Below, piece by piece: positions 1 to 7,838 of a DNA stretch of 13,171 nucleotides. The stretch comes from Candidatus Hydrogenedentota bacterium (GTDB lineage Bacteria > Hydrogenedentota > Hydrogenedentia > Hydrogenedentales > SLHB01), in the NCBI GenBank assembly GCA_029974275.1, contig JARKSN010000049.1, positions 1 to 13,171 on the forward strand. Reading direction: 5' to 3'. Each line of letters begins with the position of its first letter. Position 1 is the stretch's first letter. The position numbers and the translations under genes were made by a program. The notes beneath the pieces were generated by a model. The model did no database searches and had not been told where the DNA came from. It saw only the letters and a list, made by a program, of their open reading frames with translations.

Positions 1-1313
1 AGGTGGACAGTTGCCGCGCCGCGCGATCGCCGGGATCGGCGCTGAAGCCCTTTGCGTACGCGCTGGCGCTGGAATCGAACGCGCTCTATCCGAGCGAAGC
101 GTTGCTCGATGGCGCGCTCGATTACGGCGCATACCAACCGGTGAACTTCGACGGACGCATGCACGGTCTTGTCGAAGCGAACGTGGCGCTGCGGCGATCG
201 TTGAACATTCCCGCCGTGATGGTGCTCGAACGCATCGGCTGTTCCGCGTTTCACTCATTTTTACGCGATGCGGGCCTCACGACCTTGACGCGCCCCGCGG
301 ATCACTACGGCATGGGACTCGTGCTCGGCAACTGCGAAATGCGGCTCGAAGAAGCCGCCGCCGCGTACTGCATGCTTGCGTCCCTAGGCATATACCGGCC
401 GCTGGCCGTGCGCCCCGATGCGCAACAGCCCTCGATGCGCCTCCTTGCGCCAGGAACCTGCCTGAGCGTGTACGAGATGCTCGAGCAGCCGCTGCCGAAG
501 GAGTTCGACCCGATCCTTGTGCCCGTGACGCATGCCGCGCGCGTCGCCTGGAAAACCGGCACTTCAACCGGACTGCGCGACGCATGGGCGTTTGTCTTCA
601 ATGCGCAGTACGTCGTCGCGACATGGATGGGCAACAACACCGGCGCTTCCTCGCGCAGCCTGATCGGAGCATACGCCGCATTGCCCCTGGCGGCGGAATT
701 GTTTCGATCGCTTCCGCCGGGCCTCGGTCCGGCGCGGCCCGATGCGAAAGACGAATTGCGCAGCGTCAACGTCTGCGCCGTGACCGGCCTGCCCGCGACG
801 CCATGGTGCGCCGCGACGCGCCACGAAAACATCCCCCGCACTCTCTACCTCAACCGCACTTGCGGCGTGCATTTTCCTGCGCCGAACAAGGATGGTTCTG
901 GAAACGCGCCCCCTTCCGTCACCGAGAGATGGCCCGCCTCCGCACGCCACTGGGACCTGGCCCGCGTCGCAATGCCCGTCGTTTCCAACGAAACACCCCC
1001 CGGAACCGGCCTTCCCCCAGCCTCATCCCGCGGCGAGACCCTGCGCATCCTTACGCCCGCCGACGGCACGCGCTATGTGCTCACCGGCGAAGCCAACGGC
1101 GACCGCATCCGCATGACCAGTTCCGCCGATGCACAGACCGCCGTGCATTGGTATGTCGATGGCCGCTACCTCGGCACATCAAGACCCGATGCGCCGCGCT
1201 ACCTGGATCTCGCCGCTGGCAGGCACGTCCTCACCTGCATGACCGGCGACGGTCACCTCCACACCGTCGGGTATGCCGTCACGGCGCCCAAAGCCTTGGG
1301 CAACGCGCACTGA
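1..1313 (+). CDS. pbpC: Penicillin-binding protein 1C, C-terminal part (5'-truncated): transpeptidase domain plus C-terminal BiPBP_C-like domain
   Basis: Reading frame from base 3 has SxxK (RSPGSALKPF), SxN (SLN), KTG (AWKTGTSTGLRDAW), the VCAVTGLPATPWC cysteine motif and the PBP1C-type tail (LRILTPADG..., VHWYVDGRYLG, GRHVLTC). Stop TGA at 1311-1313. Confidence 0.9.
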   Translation, partial: VDSCRAARSPGSALKPFAYALALESNALYPSEALLDGALDYGAYQPVNFDGRMHGLVEANVALRRSLNIPAVMVLERIGCSAFHSFLRDAGLTTLTRPADHYGMGLVLGNCEMRLEEAAAAYCMLASLGIYRPLAVRPDAQQPSMRLLAPGTCLSVYEMLEQPLPKEFDPILVPVTHAARVAWKTGTSTGLRDAWAFVFNAQYVVATWMGNNTGASSRSLIGAYAALPLAAELFRSLPPGLGPARPDAKDELRSVNVCAVTGLPATPWCAATRHENIPRTLYLNRTCGVHFPAPNKDGSGNAPPSVTERWPASARHWDLARVAMPVVSNETPPGTGLPPASSRGETLRILTPADGTRYVLTGEANGDRIRMTSSADAQTAVHWYVDGRYLGTSRPDAPRYLDLAAGRHVLTCMTGDGHLHTVGYAVTAPKALGNAH

Positions 1314-1451
1314 GTCCCAGCCGCAACGCGCTCTCACAAGATTGACCGTAGGCATAAAAAATTACACCGCTCCAGAAACAGGCGGCAAACGCATACAAAG
1401 AATGCATCGGTCATGACAGTGGCAGCCCTATCCTCATCCTGCCGCGATCCC

Positions 1452-2222
1452 TCAATATGACGTCGGACCCGCGCTGCCGGCATGCAGTTCAAACACGCCG
1501 TCTTGCCAAGTCGCGTACGAACGGTGGAACATCCAGTCGCCGGTGTTGAGGTATAGACCTGTTCCGGATGGGGTGGCCATTTCTTCGACAACGGGGTAGT
1601 GCGAATGCCCCAGCGCCACGACATCCGCCTCGCCGCGCTCGAGCACGCCCTTCGCGAAAGCGCGCAAAGGGGCCACCTCCTTGCCTTGGCTCGGGTCCTC
1701 GGCGGCGAACATGCGCCGGCTGCCGTGCGACACAAACTGGCCAAGGCGCATGGCGAGATCGGGGTGGAGCATGCGGAACAACGCCACCACCGGTTTCGCG
1801 CGGGCGATCTTTTTGTAGACGCGATAGCCCACGTCGTTCGCGTTGATGCCGTCGCCGTGCGCCAACAGGACACGCTTGCCGCCCATGTCCATCACGACAG
1901 GCTGATGATAAATCGAGAACCCCAATTCGTTCCGCAGAAAACGGCCCGCCCAAAAATCATGATTTCCGCAAACAAAGTGAAGCTCGACCCCCCGATCGCG
2001 CAGATCGGCAAAGGCGCGAAGAACGTTGAAATATTCGGAGAAAATCACGTGGCGGTATTCAAACCAGAAATCGAACAGATCGCCCAGAACAATCAGGCGA
2101 CGCGTCCGCTCCGGATCGATGCCGCGCAGAAAATCCACAAACGCTTGCTGCTGGGGCCGACCCGCATCCGTCGCGCTGAGGTGAGCGTCGGAAACGATGA
2201 TCGTGCGCGGTCCGAACGTCAT
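1452..2222 (-). CDS. lpxH: UDP-2,3-diacylglucosamine diphosphatase-family metallophosphoesterase (LpxH-like)
   Basis: Calcineurin-like motifs SDAHL, LGDLFDFWFEY, GNHD, HGD, GHSH, NTGDW. Start set to ATG 2222 (MTFGPRTIIVSDAH), which overlaps the upstream lepB stop as ATGA. Confidence 0.8.
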   Translation of the reverse strand: MTFGPRTIIVSDAHLSATDAGRPQQQAFVDFLRGIDPERTRRLIVLGDLFDFWFEYRHVIFSEYFNVLRAFADLRDRGVELHFVCGNHDFWAGRFLRNELGFSIYHQPVVMDMGGKRVLLAHGDGINANDVGYRVYKKIARAKPVVALFRMLHPDLAMRLGQFVSHGSRRMFAAEDPSQGKEVAPLRAFAKGVLERGEADVVALGHSHYPVVEEMATPSGTGLYLNTGDWMFHRSYATWQDGVFELHAGSAGPTSY

Positions 2223-2902
2223 AGAAGCCCAAACTGGCTCAGCGGCCAGAAACGGAGCACCGCCTTGCCGATGACGCACTCGCTTCGAATGGGCCCGAAC
2301 GTCCGGCTGTCCCGGCTATCCCGTCGGTTATCCCCCATGACGAAATATTCGCCCGGATTGAGATAAACATCCGCTTCGCGCCCGTTTTTTTCGGCGGGCG
2401 CATCGGCGTGGGGATAATCCTCCTGCACTTTCTGATTGTTCACGTAAACGGCGCCTTCCGCCACGGCGACGTGCACCGTTTCGGCCGTGGCGGCTCCGTC
2501 GGCGGCTTGAGCGGCTTTGGAGACGCGCGGGGCCGGACCATGGGCGATCACGCGCTTCACGTATCGGACGTTTTTGCTGTCGGGGCTGTCAAAAACGACA
2601 ATGTCGCCCGGCCGGATAGCGTTCCATTCACCCAAGGGCCAGTGCCGCGCAAGCAGATGCGGCAGCTTGAGCACCAGAATGCGATCGTTGCTGTGAAGCG
2701 TAGGATGCATGGATTGGCCTTGCACGTCGCACGATTCGATGACGAACGAGCGCAGCACGACGAACAGGACCAGGAACCACGCGACCATCTTGCCGAACTC
2801 GATGATCTCGCGTCGCAATTCCTGCCGGGAAGAGCCGTCCCCTTCCGGCACGGACGCCGGTTCGCGCGTCGCGTCCGGACGGGTTACGTTGCGATCGTCC
2901 AC
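2219..2902 (-). CDS. lepB: Signal peptidase I (S26)
   Basis: N-terminal TM (MVAWFLVLFVVLRSFVI), catalytic Ser box (GQSMHPTL), catalytic Lys box (YVKRVIA), box E (YFVMGDNRRDSRDSRTFGPI), C-terminal IGKA..RFWP. GTG start. Confidence 0.93.
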   Translation of the reverse strand: MDDRNVTRPDATREPASVPEGDGSSRQELRREIIEFGKMVAWFLVLFVVLRSFVIESCDVQGQSMHPTLHSNDRILVLKLPHLLARHWPLGEWNAIRPGDIVVFDSPDSKNVRYVKRVIAHGPAPRVSKAAQAADGAATAETVHVAVAEGAVYVNNQKVQEDYPHADAPAEKNGREADVYLNPGEYFVMGDNRRDSRDSRTFGPIRSECVIGKAVLRFWPLSQFGLL

Positions 2903-2911
2903 GTCAACACT

Positions 2912-3550
2912 CTAGCGCGCGGCGGGCCGCGCCAATTGGCCGCCGCTCGGTTGGAACCTGCCCTGGATCAATTCGCCCTGCATGTCGGCCAAGGTTTGTA
3001 TGGGCATGGCGAACTCGGTCACATACACGCCGACATGCTGAATCAAATGAGCGTCGCTTGCGGCAATGCTTGGCTTATCGATCGCCGAGGCCAACGAAAC
3101 GGCCAGTCGCTGTTCGTGCTCCTGCAAGTTGACGCTATGCGTTTCGATGGCCGCGACCGGCAGATGCATCAGGCGTTCGTCAAAACCAAGGCCGAGCCGC
3201 GTGGGATGCGCCGCGATGCAGAACCCGCCCATTTCCACCACGCGCGCCGCAAAATCTTCCGGCTGCAACCGGAGGGGAAACGCCTGCGCCGCCGGTGCGG
3301 GCAGGCCGAACGTCAAAAAATCCCCCTGCGTCGAGGTGTACTCAAACCCCGCCCATACGCGCAATCCCGGCACGTGCGATTCGCCGATGAGCCTATCGAT
3401 CTCCTCCTGCGTCCACTGATAATGGTGCTCCGTGATGACAATGCCATCCAGCCCCATGCGTTCGGCCTGCTGGAGGAGACGCGCCGGATCAATCGAACTG
3501 CACGGCGAGTGCCGCTGCGTGTGAATATGCATATCGATTCGAAACGGCAT
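2912..3550 (-). CDS. Stand-alone PHP-domain metal-dependent phosphoesterase
   Basis: PHP motifs DMHIHT, GLDGIVITEH, GFE, AAHP, ASDAH. Confidence 0.88.
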   Translation of the reverse strand: MPFRIDMHIHTQRHSPCSSIDPARLLQQAERMGLDGIVITEHHYQWTQEEIDRLIGESHVPGLRVWAGFEYTSTQGDFLTFGLPAPAAQAFPLRLQPEDFAARVVEMGGFCIAAHPTRLGLGFDERLMHLPVAAIETHSVNLQEHEQRLAVSLASAIDKPSIAASDAHLIQHVGVYVTEFAMPIQTLADMQGELIQGRFQPSGGQLARPAAR

Positions 3551-3566
3551 ACGTCCTGCTTCCCGC

Positions 3567-4676
3567 CTACGCGTCCACTCCCGGACCGGCGGATGATTCC
3601 GGAGCCAGGCCCAACGCCTTGAGCGCCGAAGACTCCGCGCGGAACCGGGGGATCAGTATCTCATCCGATCCCACAACTTGCCTTGCTAAGAACAACACCC
3701 CAGCGGGGTGCTCGTATGCCAGCTCCTTGAGATACTGCCACCAGGCCCCATTTTCGATGACGCGCCCCAGCAGATGGGCGGGAATCTGCTTCGGGTCCTC
3801 GCCCAACTGCGCGGCGATTTCCTCTTCCAGAGTGATGGGACGCGAGCGGCTGGCCTGTTCGAGGCGCTTGCCGAGGGCCGTGGCCATGGCGCAAGCTTCA
3901 CGGTACCGCCGAGCAAACACGTCCCAATCGGGATCGCGCCGCCGGTTAATCTCTTGCAGCATGGCGATACGGACTTCGATCGGACGCTTGTCCAGCCGGG
4001 CGGCAATGGCATTGTCCGCCAATAGATACGCCAGCCCCCCCCGCACGAACGGCTCCGTATCCTGCGCCGCAAAACACTGATCCGGCGTTATAGGGTATTC
4101 GCCGTGAATCATCAAGGCGCGCGTCTGGAAATCCGGCACGGCGGGCAAAGGCTCCGGAAACGCCGCGTAGTTATACGCCAACCCCGTGGCGACAAGATAC
4201 CCATGCGCCGCGCGGGGAATATCGCCCGCATCGAGGGCGTCGTCCGCTTGGCGCAAAAACTCCTCCTGCATTCGCCCTCGCACGCGAAGAGATTCGTATG
4301 CCTGCGCGGCGCTGGTGTATTTTCCATGCCGGACGGCATTATCGCCCAGTTCGAGCAGCAACTGCCACGGAAGCTGCGCCGGGCGAAGCGCGCGCAGTTC
4401 GTTTTCGATGTGCCGCCACGTTTCCGCTTCGGTGACCTTGTGGAGGGCGCGTTGGAATTCCGCAGAAGCGGCCATCTCCCGCGAAGGAAGCAGATAACGG
4501 TACTTGGGAACGTCAAACCGCTCCGTAGAACTCGTTCGCGCGGGCGAAAACGGCAGAAACAACAGCCGGAAATTGACGATATCGCCCTCCAGGACCGCCT
4601 TGGCGATCGCGTGCGCGATGGTTTCGGACGAAACAACCTTCTCGACAGGTTGCGCCGTTTTCCTCTGTGCTGCCAC
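3567..4676 (-). CDS. Hypothetical alpha-helical protein (~369 aa) with TPR-like helix pairs
   Basis: Long ORF. GTG at 4676 follows an AAGGAG RBS, and the longer 4820 start would overlap the upstream gene. TPR-like segments LLELGDNAVRHGKYTSAAQAYESL and FLRQADDALDAGDIPRAAHGYLVA. No signal peptide or TM seen. Confidence 0.75.
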   Translation of the reverse strand: MAAQRKTAQPVEKVVSSETIAHAIAKAVLEGDIVNFRLLFLPFSPARTSSTERFDVPKYRYLLPSREMAASAEFQRALHKVTEAETWRHIENELRALRPAQLPWQLLLELGDNAVRHGKYTSAAQAYESLRVRGRMQEEFLRQADDALDAGDIPRAAHGYLVATGLAYNYAAFPEPLPAVPDFQTRALMIHGEYPITPDQCFAAQDTEPFVRGGLAYLLADNAIAARLDKRPIEVRIAMLQEINRRRDPDWDVFARRYREACAMATALGKRLEQASRSRPITLEEEIAAQLGEDPKQIPAHLLGRVIENGAWWQYLKELAYEHPAGVLFLARQVVGSDEILIPRFRAESSALKALGLAPESSAGPGVDA

Positions 4677-4759
4677 GGTGTAGGGTTCTCCTTGTCGCGG
4701 GCATGCTCCCGCCGCCGCATGCAGCGGGAAGCAAACCGTCCCGGATATGATCGCGTGAA

Positions 4760-5344
4760 CTACGGAGCGGCCGCCAACAACTCGCTCACCGTGCGGGCGC
4801 GCTCGTCCCACTCGATACAAGGAGTTGTAACCTCTGAAAACGGAAGCCGCTCCAAAATCTGCTGATATAGATTCTGTCGGTAATACCGAAGAATGCGCGA
4901 GGCATGCCGTTCATGAGCCTCGTCCCAATGACTGTTCTCGACCACTTCCTTGTCTCGGCCTGCCGCCAACATGGCTTCTTCGATGTATTTGCCGAGAAAA
5001 TCGCGGATTTTGCCGTCGTATTGGCGGCGCAACGCGTCGCTCCGATCCGCCCCCTCCGCGCACGCCGTGCGCCACTCCTCCTCGAGCGCAATAAGCTGTC
5101 GCCGGCTCTCCCAATACGTGTCGCGCAACTCGGCGTCCCGCAAAACATACAGCGCGGCGTTCAACTTCGCCATTTCCAACAGATAATGCGCGCGCCTCTC
5201 GGCCGTGATTTCGACGCGGGCGATCTCCGCGACCAAATCCTTCATCCGCCGCCGATATTCCTTGCGAACATCCCCAGGCTTGGCCGCTTCGTCCACGCCC
5301 AAAATCTCGAAGTAATTAACGTATCCTTCTTCCGACAACGACAT
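4760..5344 (-). CDS. J-domain-like (DnaJ N-terminal) protein lacking the HPD motif, with helical C-terminus
   Basis: NYFEILGVDEAAKPGDVRKEYRR (helix I/II) and MAKLNAALYVLRDAELRDTY (helix III/IV) match the J-domain pattern. GGAG RBS 6 nt upstream of the ATG. Confidence 0.8.
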   Translation of the reverse strand: MSLSEEGYVNYFEILGVDEAAKPGDVRKEYRRRMKDLVAEIARVEITAERRAHYLLEMAKLNAALYVLRDAELRDTYWESRRQLIALEEEWRTACAEGADRSDALRRQYDGKIRDFLGKYIEEAMLAAGRDKEVVENSHWDEAHERHASRILRYYRQNLYQQILERLPFSEVTTPCIEWDERARTVSELLAAAP

Positions 5345-5402
5345 ACGGCGCTCCGACCTTGTTCGTCACAATTCTGAAAAGAGCTGGATAACGACAGCGA
5401 TG

Positions 5403-5432
5403 ATTTTACCCCGAAGATTGCCCGCAGCACAA
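5403..5432 (-). promoter_or_regulatory. Putative sigma70 promoter for the J-like/lepB/lpxH operon
   Basis: Minus strand TTGTGC-N18-TAAAAT, about 60 nt upstream of ATG 5344. Confidence 0.45.
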
Positions 5433-5551
5433 GAAACCGCTTTCCCTTCCGCCCGATCCGAACGCAAGGATGCGAAGTTTCACAAAAAGCGGCCTATCCA
5501 TCCGGACATGGCCCGCCCAGGAATGCGGATTACCCGCTTTTCTCGTCTGCG

Positions 5552-5560
5552 TGGTATCAT
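5552..5560 (+). promoter_or_regulatory. Putative extended -10 promoter for the udg-HK-RR operon
   Basis: TGgTATCAT (TGn plus -10 hexamer), about 160 nt upstream of ATG 5718. No good -35. Confidence 0.4.
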
Positions 5561-5717
5561 TTTACGCTCAGACGGACCACGCAGGACGCCTCGACGCCTC
5601 TTGCGAAAGAGAAACAACGTTTGGGCAGGAGCGCTGCGGGAACACCGGTCTCCCGTGTCCACCGGCCTCCAGGCGCCCGTTGCAACAGGACGATTTGTCG
5701 CGGTGAACGAGAGCGTT

Positions 5718-6431
5718 ATGAACACGGATAGCTGGCAGGACCTTCTCGCGGCGACGCGGGAATTGGCGAAAACCGCGGCAGGACGGCGAGGCGTGATCAG
5801 CGTGTCGCCGGACATAGCCGCTTGGCTTGCGCAACCGGCGGAAGCCGCCGCAGAACTGGTGGCGCTCGAACAGACGGTTGCCGCATGCACCCAGTGCGCC
5901 TTGCACAAAACCCGCACGCAAACCGTATTCAGCGACGGAAACCCCGCGGCCCGGCTGGTCTTCGTGGGCGAAGCGCCGGGAGCCGACGAAGACCAGCAAG
6001 GCATCCCCTTTGTCGGCAAGGCGGGCCAACTGCTTACCGCGATCATCGAGAAAGGCATGGGGCTGCGGCGTTCGGACGTCTACATCTGCAACGTCCTCAA
6101 ATGCCGCCCGCCGGACAATCGCGACCCGTTGCCCGAGGAAGCGGAACTGTGCGAACCATACCTCATGCGACAGATCGAACTGGTCAAACCGCGCGCGATC
6201 TGCGTGCTGGGCCGGCACGCGGTCCGTTCCTTGCTCCGAACCGAGGAAGGCATCGGCAAATTGCGCGGCCGCTGGCATTTTTACATGGGCATTCCGGTGC
6301 GGGTGACCTATCACCCCTCGTACCTATTGCGCAATCCCGGAGACAAGCGCAAAGTATGGATGGACGTCCTTGAGGTGATGAAAGTCTACAAAGGCGAAAT
6401 CAACCCCACCCCCGACACCCCGAATGTGTGA
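5718..6431 (+). CDS. Uracil-DNA glycosylase, family 4 ([4Fe-4S] type)
   Basis: CTQC, GEAPG..ED..G.PFVG.AG.LL, NVLKCRPP.NRDP, fourth Cys in ELCEPY, TYHPSYLLR. Start chosen at ATG 5718 (GTG 5703 is an alternative). Confidence 0.93.
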   Translation: MNTDSWQDLLAATRELAKTAAGRRGVISVSPDIAAWLAQPAEAAAELVALEQTVAACTQCALHKTRTQTVFSDGNPAARLVFVGEAPGADEDQQGIPFVGKAGQLLTAIIEKGMGLRRSDVYICNVLKCRPPDNRDPLPEEAELCEPYLMRQIELVKPRAICVLGRHAVRSLLRTEEGIGKLRGRWHFYMGIPVRVTYHPSYLLRNPGDKRKVWMDVLEVMKVYKGEINPTPDTPNV

Positions 6432-6440
6432 GGACGCGTC

Positions 6441-7838
6441 GTGAGTTCCGAAACGGCCCATATCGCGCGTTCCGCGAATCCCCCAAGCGAAGAGCCGCAA
6501 CACGTCCCGTGGAGCCGATCGCTGATTGTCCGCGTCATCATGCTCTGCGCGGTGCTGTTGTCCTGCTTATTCGGCGCGGTGTACGTCATCAGTTTCCATT
6601 ACGCGCGCGAAGTCGTCCGCGAAATGGAAAAACAAAGCGAAGCCATCGCCGACAACATCGCGCTACATTTCACCGACAACCCCGGAATGGATTTGACGGA
6701 ATTGGGATCGCAAGTGTCGCGGCAACTAAACGTCCCGCTGACCTTGAACCAGGCGGCCGAAATGCAGCCCAACAGCGTATCGCTGCGGATCGCCGCCGAC
6801 GGACGCCTCACGAAAGTCGTCGAGCACACCTTCATGCTGAACGATCGCCCCGTAAAACTGACGGCTTCGCTCACCTTTGCGCCGCAACAAGAAGTGTTGC
6901 GCGCGTTCACCAACAAATACCTCGCGATGATCACCCTGGTGTTCATCGTGGTGCTGGGCCTGATGGTCTACACCATCGGCCGCACCCTGCGCCCCTTGAC
7001 CCTGCTGACGCGAACCTGCGTGCAGATCAGCGAAGGCAACTACCCCGACGTCGAAGTGCGCAAAAGCGCCGGCGAAGTGCTGGCCCTCGAACAAACCTTC
7101 AATCGCATGGTGAAATCGCTGCGCGAAAAGGAAATGGTCGAGGGACGTCTGCGCCAAGCCCAGCGCCTGTCCGCCCTGGGCACGCTCGCCGCCGGCGTCG
7201 CTCACGACGTCCGCAATCCCTTGAACGCGATCAAGCTGCTCTCCAGTCACGCAATGGACACGGTGCAGGACCTGCCTGAATCGGACGCGGCCATCCGCCA
7301 ACTCAAAACCATCCGCACGGAAGTCGATCGCCTCGAAGACATCGTCTCGGGATTTCTTTCGCTCGCCAAAGAACGCGAACTTCAGCCGGAACCGTGCCGG
7401 ATCGACGCCCTCCTCCAAGAATGCGTAGACCTCATCCGCCCCGACGCCGAGACGCGCCAGGTTCGTCTGTTGACCGAACTGCGGGCGCGCGACGTCGAAC
7501 TCCAACTCGACCCCAAACAATTCCGCCGCGCCGTCCTGAATGTGTTGATCAACGCCGTCGAAGCCTGCCCCGCGGCCGGGCGCGTCCGGCTCTTTTCGCG
7601 CATATCGAACGCCGCCTGCGAAATCGAAATCCGCGACGACGGCCCCGGCATGTCCCGGGAAATCCTCGACAAGGCGTTTGATCCCTACTTCACCACCAAA
7701 CGCACCGGCACAGGCCTGGGCCTATCGATCACGCGCGGCATCATCGAAGAACATGGCGGCATCATCGAAATCCACTCCAGCGAGGAACAAGGCTGCCAAG
7801 CGGTGATTGCATTGCCATTGACAGAGGGACACCCATGA
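6441..7838 (+). CDS. Membrane sensor histidine kinase (2 TM, HAMP, HisKA, HATPase)
   Basis: Two TM helices flanking a ~100-aa periplasmic loop, HAMP (RPLTLL...GEVLALEQTFNRMV), H-box AHDVRNPL, N-box NVLINAVEA, G1 DDGPG, F-box FDPYFTTK, G2 GTGLGL. GAGGA RBS before the GTG. Confidence 0.95.
   Translation: MSSETAHIARSANPPSEEPQHVPWSRSLIVRVIMLCAVLLSCLFGAVYVISFHYAREVVREMEKQSEAIADNIALHFTDNPGMDLTELGSQVSRQLNVPLTLNQAAEMQPNSVSLRIAADGRLTKVVEHTFMLNDRPVKLTASLTFAPQQEVLRAFTNKYLAMITLVFIVVLGLMVYTIGRTLRPLTLLTRTCVQISEGNYPDVEVRKSAGEVLALEQTFNRMVKSLREKEMVEGRLRQAQRLSALGTLAAGVAHDVRNPLNAIKLLSSHAMDTVQDLPESDAAIRQLKTIRTEVDRLEDIVSGFLSLAKERELQPEPCRIDALLQECVDLIRPDAETRQVRLLTELRARDVELQLDPKQFRRAVLNVLINAVEACPAAGRVRLFSRISNAACEIEIRDDGPGMSREILDKAFDPYFTTKRTGTGLGLSITRGIIEEHGGIIEIHSSEEQGCQAVIALPLTEGHP

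Noticed and set aside
11..1345. Long alternative-frame and antisense ORFs (e.g. 11-1345, 1599-2366, 2408-3622, 4104-4865, 6428-7279, 9470-10267)
   Set aside because: Shadow ORFs typical of high-GC DNA. They overlap genes with clear family motifs and have no recognisable domains.
1314..1451. Promoter or small RNA in the AT-richer convergent gap after pbpC
   Set aside because: Only weak -35/-10 matches with poor spacing and a 5-bp hairpin. Not enough support.
5375..5395. SAM-I riboswitch or DnaA box (minus strand TTATCCAG)
   Set aside because: Not followed by the AGAG/kink-turn elements of SAM-I, and does not match TTATCCACA.
5400..5717. 106-aa N-terminal extension of the UDG in the ORF track
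   Set aside because: Arg-rich non-protein-like sequence that spans predicted promoters. The start is more plausibly 5718 (or 5703).
5718..6431. UdgX (covalent uracil-binding variant)
   Set aside because: No KRRIH loop; ordinary family-4 motifs (NVLKCRPPDNR).
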